DNA of 64,000 nucleotides from an uncultured virus (IMG/VR IMGVR_UViG_3300013232_000195) (lineage: Duplodnaviria; Heunggongvirae; Uroviricota; Caudoviricetes), in the IMG/VR virus record IMGVR_UViG_3300013232_000195; one strand, given 5' to 3'. Below the pieces are notes generated by a model, which saw nothing but the letters and a program-made list of their open reading frames with translations, ran no database searches and was not told the origin of the DNA. Position numbers and translations under genes: made by a program. The number at the start of each line of letters is the position of its first letter. Position 1 is the first letter of the stretch. Shown here one piece after another: positions 47,546 through 57,123 of the stretch.

Positions 47546-47809
47546 TTAAGATGGCACGGCGCTGTAACCCCCACCACAGACCTCAATGACCTTGATCGCT
47601 TGGGGAAGGTCCTTCACCAAGCCACCCATCCCGTGTTTTTTCATTTCGGCGACAAGGTGGGTATAAGACTCGGCCACACGTAGAGCCTCGTTCCTCAGGT
47701 CACGTGCCTTCGCGGCGCACTGTTCGGCATTCTTGAGATCCCAGTACAGGTCAAACACGTACGGGATATTGCCCGTCGGGATGGTGAACGCATGCTTCCG
47801 CTTGCCCAT
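47546..47809 (-). CDS. hypothetical protein
   Basis: Repeat-flanked. Confidence 0.6.
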   Translation of the reverse strand: MGKRKHAFTIPTGNIPYVFDLYWDLKNAEQCAAKARDLRNEALRVAESYTHLVAEMKKHGMGGLVKDLPQAIKVIEVCGGGYSAVPS

Positions 47810-47876
47810 TGGTATTCTCCTTTACCTTTGTCTGGGACCCGAATGGGCGGGCTAAGATGGCACGGCTAGAGGACGG

Positions 47877-48086
47877 TCAGCTTGCAGTCGCTAATCCCGT
47901 AGACCGCAATGAGGTTGTGTTCGCGGCCATTGTTGACCTCTGAAGACAGTCGTCAACGCCATTGCATTTGACGACCTTTCTTAAGGCCACTTCCTTGAGC
48001 GTGGCATCGTCCAGGTCTTCAACGGGGACGACGTCGTCCGTTCCTTGCCAGCGTCCTAACTGGACGCGAAGAGCGTACTTGCCCAT
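47877..48086 (-). CDS. hypothetical protein
   Basis: AGGAGG RBS. Confidence 0.55.
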   Translation of the reverse strand: MGKYALRVQLGRWQGTDDVVPVEDLDDATLKEVALRKVVKCNGVDDCLQRSTMAANTTSLRSTGLATAS

Positions 48087-48095
48087 GACGACCTC

Positions 48096-48314
48096 CTAGT
48101 AGACCAGCTTCGTCCCCACGACACGGATGAAGAACGAACGGACGATGATGTTCGTGTCTTCGTGATGGAAGTTGATTCGCCACAACGAACCCTTGCCGCC
48201 AGACACATCGTGGTCGCGGCGGTACTCCCCTCGCTTCGTCGGCAACTCCTTCTGAATGGCGTCCAGCGCCTGCTTGGGACTCAACGTGATGGGGGCTTCA
48301 AGGGCTTCGGTCAT
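48096..48314 (-). CDS. hypothetical protein
   Basis: GGAGGAG RBS, ATGA overlap. Confidence 0.6.
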   Translation of the reverse strand: MTEALEAPITLSPKQALDAIQKELPTKRGEYRRDHDVSGGKGSLWRINFHHEDTNIIVRSFFIRVVGTKLVY

Positions 48315-48541
48315 TGCTCCTCCTGTTCGGGTTGTTTCTCTGGCAGTGGTTCGGGGCGCAAGCCACGACGGGACAAGGCGCGGGCGATGTCCTCGATTGC
48401 TCCGACATCCCATTCCTTGTCGGGATTCCAGCCGTCCTCTTGCTCGTACAAGATGGACTGAATGTCGGCGACAATGGCGATGAGTTGCTCTTTCGACAAC
48501 TCTTCGGGATCTTTGGGGCGATTCGGAAGCAGGCTGATCAT
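48311..48541 (-). CDS. hypothetical protein
   Basis: GGGAGG RBS after repeat. Confidence 0.6.
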   Translation of the reverse strand: MISLLPNRPKDPEELSKEQLIAIVADIQSILYEQEDGWNPDKEWDVGAIEDIARALSRRGLRPEPLPEKQPEQEEQ

Positions 48542-48779
48542 GGGTGTCCTCCCTTTCATTTAGGGCTGGGACCCGATCGGTTTCGTTCCAGCCAATAGTC
48601 ATTCATCATGTTGTGTAAGTCAAGAGTGGCTTGCATCCATCCTCATCTCCGTTTTGGCCTCGCCCTCTCCCATTTCGTCAATATCTCGAAGAAGGACATT
48701 GTACTCCTTGTAGAGGAGCGACATGAGTTTTAGACGTGTGCCCGGGGACAACCGATCTACCAATTCTTGAGCTTCCATG

Positions 48780-49115
48780 CTAGTCTCCCTTTCGCATGTA
48801 CTTCATGTTGCGGGAGCCGAAGTCCAGCTTGCGCAACTCGTTCAACTCCTTGACGCCAATCTCTTTCCAGCCGATGCCGCAGACGACGAAGTACTTGCCG
48901 TCCGATTCCAGCGGAGCCTTCACCACGTCGCCAACCGACATGGAGCGGATGCGAAGGCGGACGCAGTCCTCCGTCTTGGCATCGCCAGTGACACAGTTAA
49001 AGCGGCGGAAGGTCTCGTTCAGAGCGGCCTCGACCTCTTCGACCACGGTCTCGACGACGAACTTCTGCTCGGGCTTGACGGCTTCATCGGGCGGGTAAAT
49101 GACCATGATTCGCAT
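48780..49115 (-). CDS. hypothetical protein (RSMSVGDV motif, YodL-like)
   Basis: RSMSVGDVV...YFV..IGW. Confidence 0.6.
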   Translation of the reverse strand: MRIMVIYPPDEAVKPEQKFVVETVVEEVEAALNETFRRFNCVTGDAKTEDCVRLRIRSMSVGDVVKAPLESDGKYFVVCGIGWKEIGVKELNELRKLDFGSRNMKYMRKGD

Positions 49116-49153
49116 TGGGTTTCTCCTTACTCTATGTCTGGGACCCAATCGGC

Positions 49154-49300
49154 CTACATGATCTTGAAGTGGACCAGCAGCTTGTACACGACGAACGCAA
49201 TCCCAGCGAGGACAAGCAAGACGACGATGCCCCAGGCGATGAAAGCCCCAAAGATGAAGCTTTGCATCTTCTTGAAGCTCTTGTCGAAGTCGTTGTTCAT
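49154..49300 (-). CDS. small membrane protein (48 aa)
   Basis: AAGGAG RBS; MNNDFDKSFKKMQSFIFGAFIAWGIVVLLVLAGIAFVVYKLL. Confidence 0.6.
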   Translation of the reverse strand: MNNDFDKSFKKMQSFIFGAFIAWGIVVLLVLAGIAFVVYKLLVHFKIM

Positions 49301-49309
49301 TGTTGCTCC

Positions 49310-49783
49310 TTAGACGGGCGAGGTCCATTCCTTGGGCTTGTTCTCGACATCAGCTTGGTAATGAGCGGGTAGGAGATGCATCATCTCCCGTTGCCACTGG
49401 ACGTCGTACTGAGCGTTGAGGCTGGCGAGATGCTGGATGATGCCCTTGGTGTAGACGTGGTCTGCCTGCTCCATGAAGTCGGGCCACCAACCGTTGCCGT
49501 CGGGCGTCTCTTCCACGCTCGTAATCTTGAGGTAGGCCGCGCAGTACGTCTTGTGATACAGAGCCTCGGCATCCTTGAACGTCATCGTCCTGGCCTTGGG
49601 ACAGAGGATGGAGCGGATCTTGACCAGGTGCAAGATGATGCCCTTGGCCATTTCCTGGACATCACCTTCATCGTCGTCCTCCCGCGATGAATCGTCCTCG
49701 AAGAGGCGGGCGAGGAACTCGCGGCGGATGAGGTCTGTCACGTCGTCTTTGGTGAGTTCTTCACGGCTGTAAAGTCCTAGCAT
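49310..49783 (-). CDS. hypothetical protein
   Basis: AAGGAG RBS after repeat. Confidence 0.65.
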   Translation of the reverse strand: MLGLYSREELTKDDVTDLIRREFLARLFEDDSSREDDDEGDVQEMAKGIILHLVKIRSILCPKARTMTFKDAEALYHKTYCAAYLKITSVEETPDGNGWWPDFMEQADHVYTKGIIQHLASLNAQYDVQWQREMMHLLPAHYQADVENKPKEWTSPV

Positions 49784-49953
49784 TGGTTATCTCCTTGCCC
49801 TAGGTCTGGGACCCGAATGGTCATCATGGGCCAAGGAGCGGACGTCGCATCGTGCCTCGGGAGCCCGCATCCGCCCCTTGGATTGTCCATGACTAGCCCC
49901 GTTTCTCGCCGCTGGCCCTTTGCGCTCGGGCCTACGGCCACCGTGGGCAACCT

Positions 49954-50247
49954 CTATGACTTTTCCGTTTTCATCAGCATGGAAACTTGGCCCTTGCTGT
50001 CCATCTTGACCGTGGTGAAGTCAAGGAACTGCTTTTCCGTCCCGTCGCGCTTCGCCAACCACACTTTCGGGGTCGGCTCAAGCCCCAAGGCCTGCTCAAA
50101 CAGCGCCACGAGAGGACTCCACTTCAATGCTCCACCGAAGGAGCCGCAAGTCTGCAACCGCGCCTTGGCGTAATCCAGGCATGCCTTGAGCGACTTCTTG
50201 GACTGGCGTTTCTGGGGGCCACGAACCGTCCGTTCTTCCAGCGTCAT
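49954..50247 (-). CDS. hypothetical protein
   Basis: GAGGAG RBS. Confidence 0.55.
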   Translation of the reverse strand: MTLEERTVRGPQKRQSKKSLKACLDYAKARLQTCGSFGGALKWSPLVALFEQALGLEPTPKVWLAKRDGTEKQFLDFTTVKMDSKGQVSMLMKTEKS

Positions 50248-50304
50248 GGTACTCTCCTCGGGCCTTTGGCCCATCTGTCATTCGCGGGCGCCAATCGTGA
50301 CGCC

Positions 50305-50508
50305 TCATTCGTTTGTTGTCTGGGACCCGATCGGTCGGCGTTCCCACTCCTCCTTGTCCGTCTTAGAGAATGTCTTGCAGATGAGTATCTCATCGTGCAA
50401 TGTCTGGAAGGGCATGAACCCTTGCCGATCCAGGAAGATGAGGAACCTCGGGATATCGGACGGCGTTATGGTCAGGTAAACAGCCATGTCGGGCGCTGTC
50501 AGCCTCAT
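50305..50508 (-). CDS. hypothetical protein (reads through a repeat copy)
   Basis: ATGA overlap; ends ...ERRPIGSQTTNE. Confidence 0.5.
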   Translation of the reverse strand: MRLTAPDMAVYLTITPSDIPRFLIFLDRQGFMPFQTLHDEILICKTFSKTDKEEWERRPIGSQTTNE

Positions 50509-51029
50509 AGCTTCACCATGACCGCCACGCTCCATGAGTTCACCCATGAACCCACGACCTCGTGGCCCTTTATCCCGCTCATGTTAAGAAGCTCTTCTTT
50601 GGTGTAGCCCTTCTGGAATGTCCCGTTCTTGGTGAGCCAGCCGTCGGCGTATTTCTTCCACTTGGCCCGCTTGGCTTCTCGGTCAACCGTCCCCTTTGGG
50701 CGGACGGCCACGCAGAGAAGGCCTTTGCTGCTATCCCACGCCGCGTCAATCAGCGCCTCTCGCTGGTCGGCGTCTGGGATGACGCAGAGGACGTAGTTGG
50801 CCATGACGGCGTCAAACCTGCTGGTCGGAAGGGTCGGCGCAAAGTGGGGATCGTACCCCAAGGCCTTGTACCCCATCGACGTAAGCCACTTGACGTCTGC
50901 ACCCTTGCCGCAACCGTAGTCAAGGATCGTCCCGACCCGTTGACGCCTGAAAATTTTCTCGTACGCCAAGGTCGGCGTTGACGGTCCCTTGCGGGCGATC
51001 GCGGTTCGTTCAGGTCGAATCGTCGGCAT
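50505..51029 (-). CDS. class I SAM-dependent methyltransferase
   Basis: ILDYGCGKG.D, GYDP, NYVL.VI, T..GTFQK.YT; resembles phosphorothioation-associated MTase domain. Confidence 0.8.
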   Translation of the reverse strand: MPTIRPERTAIARKGPSTPTLAYEKIFRRQRVGTILDYGCGKGADVKWLTSMGYKALGYDPHFAPTLPTSRFDAVMANYVLCVIPDADQREALIDAAWDSSKGLLCVAVRPKGTVDREAKRAKWKKYADGWLTKNGTFQKGYTKEELLNMSGIKGHEVVGSWVNSWSVAVMVKL

Positions 51030-51066
51030 TGCTGTCCTCCCGCCTTGAACTAGGACCCAATTGACC

Positions 51067-51771
51067 CTAGTTCGAACCGTTGGCCTTTTCCAGCATCGCC
51101 TTCAGTTTGCGCGTCGGGCCGTGACCCGCGAACGTCACTACGAGACCAGCCTTGCGCATGAGCTTATCCCGCATGCAGATTCTGCAAGTCTTGCAGTCGG
51201 GAACCTTTTCCGTCTGAGCGGGACACGGCAGAAGGCGAAGGCCTTCCGTCACCTTCGCGACGTCCCCGTCATGTTTGGCGACAACCAGCGCGGCGGCATA
51301 GCCCAAGGATATCGCCATGTGGACGTCCCGAAGCGTCTCGCAAGAGGCAATGACCGAGACCTTGCCCCATGCTTCGCGGGGGACGTCGCGCCACGCATGC
51401 GTATACGTCCAGCAGCTTCCACCCGACTTGGCCATGAAATCCTCTGCCGCGCCAGACACGATGCGGGCGGCTTCGGGCGACTTGCAATCGCCAGAGGTAT
51501 GCAACCGCAGATCGGTCTTGCGGTCAATCTGGCGAATCAACTTCGCCTCTGCCTTGGCGGTGGCAATGTGGCTTTGTTTCGCCACCTTCTGGCGCTCGCC
51601 GAGACGGCGATTGATAATGCCAACCATGCCCGAGCAAGCGTAGCAAGAACCGCTCTTCTTCATGGGGCAAGAAGAGGGACACGTGTGAAAGCTTGCGTAG
51701 GTGGTCGCGACGTCGCCAATCTTGCGGTTTTCTGACTGAGCCATGACAGTGACGGGCAGAGCGTTAGGCAT
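51067..51771 (-). CDS. Gp88-like / radical-SAM-like Cys-cluster protein
   Basis: N.KIG, CPSSCPM....CYA, RLHTSGD, WTYTH, CPAQ...C..C..C; GGGAGG RBS. Confidence 0.65.
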   Translation of the reverse strand: MPNALPVTVMAQSENRKIGDVATTYASFHTCPSSCPMKKSGSCYACSGMVGIINRRLGERQKVAKQSHIATAKAEAKLIRQIDRKTDLRLHTSGDCKSPEAARIVSGAAEDFMAKSGGSCWTYTHAWRDVPREAWGKVSVIASCETLRDVHMAISLGYAAALVVAKHDGDVAKVTEGLRLLPCPAQTEKVPDCKTCRICMRDKLMRKAGLVVTFAGHGPTRKLKAMLEKANGSN

Positions 51772-51895
51772 GTTCAATCCTCCCTTTAATGTTAGTCTGG
51801 GACCCGATCGGGCGCAAGGGCGAACTAGGATGGCACGGATCTTTTGCGGCGGTACGTCCGCTTGCCTGGGACCCAAATGCCCGACCTCATTGCAC

Positions 51896-52501
51896 CTAGC
51901 CAACGTCCACGGCCATTTGTCCCGCGTACGCTTCCTTGAACTCTTTGAGCATCTGGTCGTACCGCTTCTTGAGGGTTTCAAGGCTGACCTTTTTGCCGAA
52001 TAGTTTCTGGTGCCCTGGGCGGACATACCGAGTGACCTCGGCAACGGGGAACTTGCCACCCCAACCGAAATGATGGTCAGTCCAGCGGTCAGGACACCAG
52101 CCACGCCATTCCACTTGACACGTCTTGCCCTTGATCGCGGTAATGACGTAATTGGCCGATCCATCCCCCACTCCAACGGAGAACTGATGTCCCACGTGTA
52201 GCTTCCCATCATCGGGAAGGCCACGTTCCTTGATTTCTGCGGCAAGTTGGGCCAAGGTACGGTAGTCCTCGGCCTCACCACCACCCCAATAGTACCCGAT
52301 GGTTTCATCCCACTTGCCCATCTTGTCACCAGGTATGTCTACTACATCGCTGTTCTTGACGCTGTAGAGGGTCGGGCGAACCAAGTCGGAAACGAGGGTA
52401 TGCCCTCGGGCGGCTTCCTTCTTGGCGTCCTCATGGTATTCCTCGACGATGCCATAATGACAGATACCGTTGAGGTTGTATCGGCAGAAGTATCGGAACA
52501 T
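51896..52501 (-). CDS. hypothetical protein
   Basis: AGGAGG RBS. Confidence 0.7.
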   Translation of the reverse strand: MFRYFCRYNLNGICHYGIVEEYHEDAKKEAARGHTLVSDLVRPTLYSVKNSDVVDIPGDKMGKWDETIGYYWGGGEAEDYRTLAQLAAEIKERGLPDDGKLHVGHQFSVGVGDGSANYVITAIKGKTCQVEWRGWCPDRWTDHHFGWGGKFPVAEVTRYVRPGHQKLFGKKVSLETLKKRYDQMLKEFKEAYAGQMAVDVG

Positions 52502-52509
52502 GGTTCCTC

Positions 52510-52947
52510 CTAATGAGAGTCCACGAGTTGACGGAGAGTCGCCGCATTCTTGTACAGAAAGAAACGTTCCACGGCGCTGGCCAAGTCACGGTAGTAATGC
52601 CCGTGGTAGAACCCGTTGTCTTGGTTGTTGTACGTCCAGACCACCCACTCCACGGGGAAGCCCTTGTCACGCTTCCACACGCAGAGGACGTACTCCAGGC
52701 GCTTCTCGGTTGGATCGACGAACCGCGCAACGCAGTTGTTCAGACGCGAAATTGCCTCTTGGCTTGGACCATTCCGCTCGTCGCGAATTTCGATCTCGTA
52801 CCCAAGGTTCTGGAACTTCACCATGGTCTTTGCGAGAACAGCATCGGACGTTTCAGGACTGATGACGGGATCAGACCCCATTCCGTTGTCTCCACGGAAA
52901 GAGACGTGGTCGTTGTAAGCGGTAATGAAGACGTACTTTTTGGACAT
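52510..52947 (-). CDS. hypothetical protein
   Basis: GGGAGG RBS after repeat. Confidence 0.7.
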   Translation of the reverse strand: MSKKYVFITAYNDHVSFRGDNGMGSDPVISPETSDAVLAKTMVKFQNLGYEIEIRDERNGPSQEAISRLNNCVARFVDPTEKRLEYVLCVWKRDKGFPVEWVVWTYNNQDNGFYHGHYYRDLASAVERFFLYKNAATLRQLVDSH

Positions 52948-52962
52948 GATATCCTCCCTTTC

Positions 52963-53265
52963 CTACCGTCTGGGACCCGAATGGTTCAACATCGTTAGAA
53001 CAACCAACGGAAGGAAGGCACCAGGATCTCCGCCCTCGCTCTTGATCGGCTTGCGCCACCAGGTTCCTTGGATCTGGAACAAGGCGACCTTGTTTCCGTC
53101 CTTCATCACGAACACCGTCTTGCCGTTAACCCGTTCCTTGCCAATGACTTCGGAGTCGTGTGGTTCGTCGCCGATGACGTACCGAACGTCGTCGCCCTTG
53201 CGGGGTTCCTCACCCCGCAAGCGCGTCCAACAATCGTGGGTCTTGAGGAGTTCCTTGCTAACCAT
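52963..53265 (-). CDS. hypothetical protein
   Basis: Overlap-coupled; reads through a repeat copy. Confidence 0.6.
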   Translation of the reverse strand: MVSKELLKTHDCWTRLRGEEPRKGDDVRYVIGDEPHDSEVIGKERVNGKTVFVMKDGNKVALFQIQGTWWRKPIKSEGGDPGAFLPLVVLTMLNHSGPRR

Positions 53266-53503
53266 TGTTTTCGATTTCCTTGGCCAAGCAATTCAGCTTA
53301 TTGGCCAAGTCCCGTAGGACAGCGGGGTTAGACGGCAAGCAGACAGAACAATTGCCGATCTTGCTCTTAGATGTGATGGGCTGAATGTCCACATCCGTGC
53401 CGTTATCGGTGACGATAACCCCTATGGTCTGGATGTCGCCGTTTCGTCCTTGAGACAAGACTGGATGCTCGCGGCTGGGCCAAAAGCAGTCAACACTTCT
53501 CAT
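53258..53503 (-). CDS. hypothetical protein
   Basis: GGGAGGT RBS after repeat. Confidence 0.6.
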   Translation of the reverse strand: MRSVDCFWPSREHPVLSQGRNGDIQTIGVIVTDNGTDVDIQPITSKSKIGNCSVCLPSNPAVLRDLANKLNCLAKEIENNG

Positions 53504-53541
53504 GTCAACCTCCCTTTCTAATGGTCTGGGACCCGAATGGC

Positions 53542-53826
53542 CTACTCGCCTTCGGGAAGAGGTTCTTCGTCCTCAAAATCCTCGTCAAAGTCGGGTTCTT
53601 TGGGGAAGCAGTCGTCACAAATCTGACTGATGAACATCTCTCGGTCCTTGGCGGGCATGAGCGGGAAGGCGTCTTGAATGAACGCCCCATTCTCTCTGGC
53701 CTTGATTCCCACGATAGGAGCCTTGATCTCAACGGTCTTGCGACAACTCACACACATGATCTCGACGATGACGTTTTTGTCGTCACCAGGAATGGCCTTG
53801 AAAGACATCGGTCTGGTCAGAAACAT
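53542..53826 (-). CDS. hypothetical protein
   Basis: C..C, IQDAFP, RE.FIS.IC..C motifs. Confidence 0.65.
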   Translation of the reverse strand: MFLTRPMSFKAIPGDDKNVIVEIMCVSCRKTVEIKAPIVGIKARENGAFIQDAFPLMPAKDREMFISQICDDCFPKEPDFDEDFEDEEPLPEGE

Positions 53827-53850
53827 GTTTGATCCTCCCTTTCACTTGGT

Positions 53851-54243
53851 CTAGGACCCGATCGCCACGCCTTCTCGCACCGCCCGCAGCGTCATGGGTT
53901 GCCACCTAGACATGTCGGCGCTTTCCCCGATGCAGATGGGGTCGATATGGTCATTAACCTCGTTGGCGAACTGGTCGGCGGTCACGTCCACGATGATCGT
54001 CCCAACGCGAACCCACCAATGGAACGGATACTTGGCGTCCTCGGGGTCGGCGTCTTCGTCGTACTGCGACATGTCGGGGTCGTCCAGAACAAACCTCCCC
54101 CGAACAACGCGACACTTGCCACCGTCCTCGCGGATCATGTTGGCGATGTACTTGGACGCCTTAAGGCATCCGCCCTGGGGAGGATTGCCGTACTTCCGAA
54201 CGATGAACTCACGCGCCTTCTTCGCAATCGCCTGTAGGTTCAT
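53851..54243 (-). CDS. hypothetical protein (GGC...HWW...D.TADQF, possible Cys-His-Asp fold)
   Basis: Stop lies inside repeat. Confidence 0.65.
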   Translation of the reverse strand: MNLQAIAKKAREFIVRKYGNPPQGGCLKASKYIANMIREDGGKCRVVRGRFVLDDPDMSQYDEDADPEDAKYPFHWWVRVGTIIVDVTADQFANEVNDHIDPICIGESADMSRWQPMTLRAVREGVAIGS

Positions 54244-54279
54244 CGATCTTCTCCCTTCGCGCTCGCTTCTTGTCAACTC

Positions 54280-54310
54280 GCAGACTCCGCCGACGATGGG
54301 CGGAGTCTGC
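54280..54310. terminator. hairpin, possible terminator
   Basis: GCAGACTCCGCC-7nt-GGCGGAGTCTGC. Confidence 0.5.
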
Positions 54311-54341
54311 TGATTTACGACGACCAGAGATGCCCTTGAGT

Positions 54342-54815
54342 TTAGGGCTTCCGTATGGCTTCATCGACGGGCCTCCCGAACAACTCGTTCATGATGATCG
54401 CGTCGGGGTGATCCTTCTTGATCTTGGCCACGAACTCCGTGGTGTAGGGAACCTTCCACGTCCCGTACTGCCCCTTCTTGGCATTCGGCAACTTCCACAC
54501 CAACTTGGTCTTACACCAACGCTTGATTGACTGGAGTTCCTCGTGGGATGTCACGATGTCGATCATGGCGGAGTCATAGGCCGTTCCCTCGCCCAGCGTG
54601 GGGAACTTCTTGCGCGAGTCAAAGAACGCCCGACTTTCGCGCAACTCGGCCTTAACCGCCGCAATGTCGATGTCCTTGTACCATTGCCACTTCAAACATC
54701 CACCATTGGCTTCGTCAATGACGAACGCCACGGGCTTGCCGCTTTGCAGCAACTCCGCGTTGAACCCGTATCCTTCCATCCCACGGAACGACTTGAACTT
54801 GCGAATGGTCAACAT
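54342..54815 (-). CDS. hypothetical protein
   Basis: GGGAGG RBS after repeat. Confidence 0.7.
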   Translation of the reverse strand: MLTIRKFKSFRGMEGYGFNAELLQSGKPVAFVIDEANGGCLKWQWYKDIDIAAVKAELRESRAFFDSRKKFPTLGEGTAYDSAMIDIVTSHEELQSIKRWCKTKLVWKLPNAKKGQYGTWKVPYTTEFVAKIKKDHPDAIIMNELFGRPVDEAIRKP

Positions 54816-54860
54816 TGTCCTTGTCCTCCCTTTCAAGGATAGGCTAGGACCCGATCGCCC

Positions 54861-55067
54861 CTACTGGAAGACGGTAGGTATTGCGGCTTGCACGCGGGCC
54901 TCCAACACCATGGCAGGGCCATTCGGACACCGCGACAATTGCTCCAGCATCCGTCTGTTGGCCCAATGTAACTCACCAATCTTCAACGTTGTGGGATCGG
55001 TAGTCAACTCGCGTTCAAGTTGATGATGGAGTTCCTGGAAGAGGATTTCGTGGTATTTGCGGGTCAC
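54861..55067 (-). CDS. hypothetical protein
   Basis: GTGA overlap, AAGGAGG RBS. Confidence 0.55.
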   Translation of the reverse strand: MTRKYHEILFQELHHQLERELTTDPTTLKIGELHWANRRMLEQLSRCPNGPAMVLEARVQAAIPTVFQ

Positions 55068-55333
55068 TTGGCCTCCTTGATGGAACAGATGCTGAAGACG
55101 TATCCCCCGTCACGGTCGATCAAGCTGGCAGCATCCAACTTGTCCAACTCCTTGTCAGAGAAACCCGCCTCAGTGGACATCCCAGCGTACTCGTTAAGCT
55201 CCAGGTAGGTCAATTCGCCGAAGGGCTTTGCACTTCCAGCCATGACCTTTTTGATGGCCTCGGCCTTGTCTTCAGCCTCTACGGCGTACTTCTGGACGTG
55301 GGTTTCGTACTGCTCGACAATGAACTTAGGCAT
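55064..55333 (-). CDS. hypothetical protein (VEA-motif family)
   Basis: MPKF.V...YAVEAED..EAI. Confidence 0.65.
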   Translation of the reverse strand: MPKFIVEQYETHVQKYAVEAEDKAEAIKKVMAGSAKPFGELTYLELNEYAGMSTEAGFSDKELDKLDAASLIDRDGGYVFSICSIKEAK

Positions 55334-55500
55334 TCTCTTGCCCTCCAAAATGGTCTGGGACCCAAATGGCCCTTAGATATATCCGAAGCACCTCAAAATA
55401 CACAGGACGGCAACCACGGCAAAGAGGAGTTCCTTAAGGTCCACGCTGAATGTAATCTTTTTTTCGATTCTCTTTACCTTGAAGATGAACATGGCATCTC

Positions 55501-55854
55501 CTACCAGTTGAACTTAACCAGTTCCTCGCATTCCTCGCCGTCCTTGTCAAGGTTCACGGCAAAGAAGCGTTCCTTCATGGCTTGGTGAATGAGCGTGATG
55601 AAAGCCTCACTCATGCCAGCAGCAAGGAGGTCCTTGCGGAGGTCGTCCAGCGTTCCCGCTTGCTGCGAGTCTTCCAGGGACGGGACGGAAACATAGAACC
55701 CGTACTCGTACTTGGACACCCTTAAGGGGAATGCGGGAATGGAGTTCTGGAAACACGGATCGCTGCCCGCTTCAGCATTCGCCTCAAGAATCAGACAGTC
55801 ATCACGGGTGATGTGGCACGTGGAAACATCGGCCATTTTACGTGCAGTCAGCAT
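55501..55854 (-). CDS. hypothetical protein (DUF5983-like)
   Basis: DVSTCHIT..D, YEYGFYV, LDKDG; family name from memory. Confidence 0.6.
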   Translation of the reverse strand: MLTARKMADVSTCHITRDDCLILEANAEAGSDPCFQNSIPAFPLRVSKYEYGFYVSVPSLEDSQQAGTLDDLRKDLLAAGMSEAFITLIHQAMKERFFAVNLDKDGEECEELVKFNW

Positions 55855-55893
55855 TGTCTTTCCTCCCTTTGTCATGGACTGGGACCCGATCGG

Positions 55894-56550
55894 TCATGTG
55901 TCTTTGTCCCCTCGCCGCGCCTTGGCGGCGTACTTGTCTCGTTGTTTTTCCATCTTCTTGGTTTCGGGATGGTTCGGATTCTGCTCAACCCAAAGGTCGT
56001 GATAGGCTGTCCACCAGTTCCAGATTTCCTTCCCCTTTCGCCAAACGCTACGGATGCCATGAACACACCAGCAAATCTGCTCACCCTTTATGTCAGCATT
56101 CGTGACGGCGCAGAAATCAGAGAGGTCGGATCCGAAGTCGTCCAAGCTTGAAATCTTGTACCTCTTGCGAGCAGACTGATACTTCTTCCCAGACATGCAG
56201 AACTTCTTGCTCTCATTGGAAACGATCTCGTCACCAACTCGGATGATCTGCTTGAGTCGGTAATCCAGAAGGTCAGTGAAATCAAGGTCTTCCAGAAACC
56301 GATCACTCTCCAGTAGCTTGGCTTCGCATTCGGCCAAGGTCAGCGGGCATTCGGATGCCGCCTTTTTCACGCTGGCTTGGAACTTTTCCTGGCTCTCGGA
56401 CATGATGGCATTGAGGAAATCCGATCCAACCATGTGGTGGTCTCTGAAAACCTGGTAGAGTATAGCGACATGTACCTCGAGCTTGTCGGCGGCAGCTTGC
56501 CAACGCAACTTGCTCCGAATGCTTTTGGGAACGTATGGTTGAGTCTTCAT
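55894..56550 (-). CDS. hypothetical protein
   Basis: Repeat-flanked, more AT-rich. Confidence 0.7.
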   Translation of the reverse strand: MKTQPYVPKSIRSKLRWQAAADKLEVHVAILYQVFRDHHMVGSDFLNAIMSESQEKFQASVKKAASECPLTLAECEAKLLESDRFLEDLDFTDLLDYRLKQIIRVGDEIVSNESKKFCMSGKKYQSARKRYKISSLDDFGSDLSDFCAVTNADIKGEQICWCVHGIRSVWRKGKEIWNWWTAYHDLWVEQNPNHPETKKMEKQRDKYAAKARRGDKDT

Positions 56551-56584
56551 GTAGATCCCCTTTTATAAATGGTCTGGGACCCAA

Positions 56585-56854
56585 TTAGCCCCAGATCTCC
56601 TTGACCACCTTCGCAGGGGCTTCCATGAGTGTCGTGACAGTAATCTCGCCAAGCTGCTGGCCGTAGAAGTTGGGCTTCCCATTCCTTAAAGGGACCTTGA
56701 TGACCTTACCCTTCTCAAGGACCACGGGGACGCAAGGATTGTATGCGTGTTGCCCGATCTCGAAAGCCTGCCCATCCCGGGCGACCAGGACGTATCCTCG
56801 CAAGCCAAACCCATTGGTGTTGCTGGATGCCGCCACGACCTTGAACTCTTTCAT
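56585..56854 (-). CDS. hypothetical protein
   Basis: SSNTNGFGL motif; repeat-flanked. Confidence 0.65.
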   Translation of the reverse strand: MKEFKVVAASSNTNGFGLRGYVLVARDGQAFEIGQHAYNPCVPVVLEKGKVIKVPLRNGKPNFYGQQLGEITVTTLMEAPAKVVKEIWG

Positions 56855-56886
56855 CGTTGTTCCTCCCCCAATGGTCTGGGACCCAA

Positions 56887-57123
56887 TCAACCTCGGCAAG
56901 GGGCGAACTCGTCCGCCGCCTTGAGGTAGCCCTCAATCTCGTCGAAGCTACCAGACACAAGGATCGTCACTCCGTCGTTCTGGATGACCATGCGGGGAGG
57001 TTCTCGACTCTCGTCCACCCTCAGAACCAAGTCGTTCTTGACTGCACGGGCCTTGAGACGTTCCCAACGGATGATCGTCCGTTCAAGGTCGGAGAGAGGC
57101 GGCAAAACGCTATTCTTGCTCAT
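56887..57123 (-). CDS. hypothetical protein
   Basis: GGAGG RBS. Confidence 0.55.
   Translation of the reverse strand: MSKNSVLPPLSDLERTIIRWERLKARAVKNDLVLRVDESREPPRMVIQNDGVTILVSGSFDEIEGYLKAADEFAPCRG

Noticed and set aside
51067..52329. 420-aa ORF as listed, and similar N-terminal extensions (41940-43049, 46153-46815, 48780-49328, 60580-61164, 62975-63439, 63286-63993)
   Set aside because: Extensions cross repeats and overlap upstream genes; starts were reset to the ATG after the repeat-adjacent RBS.
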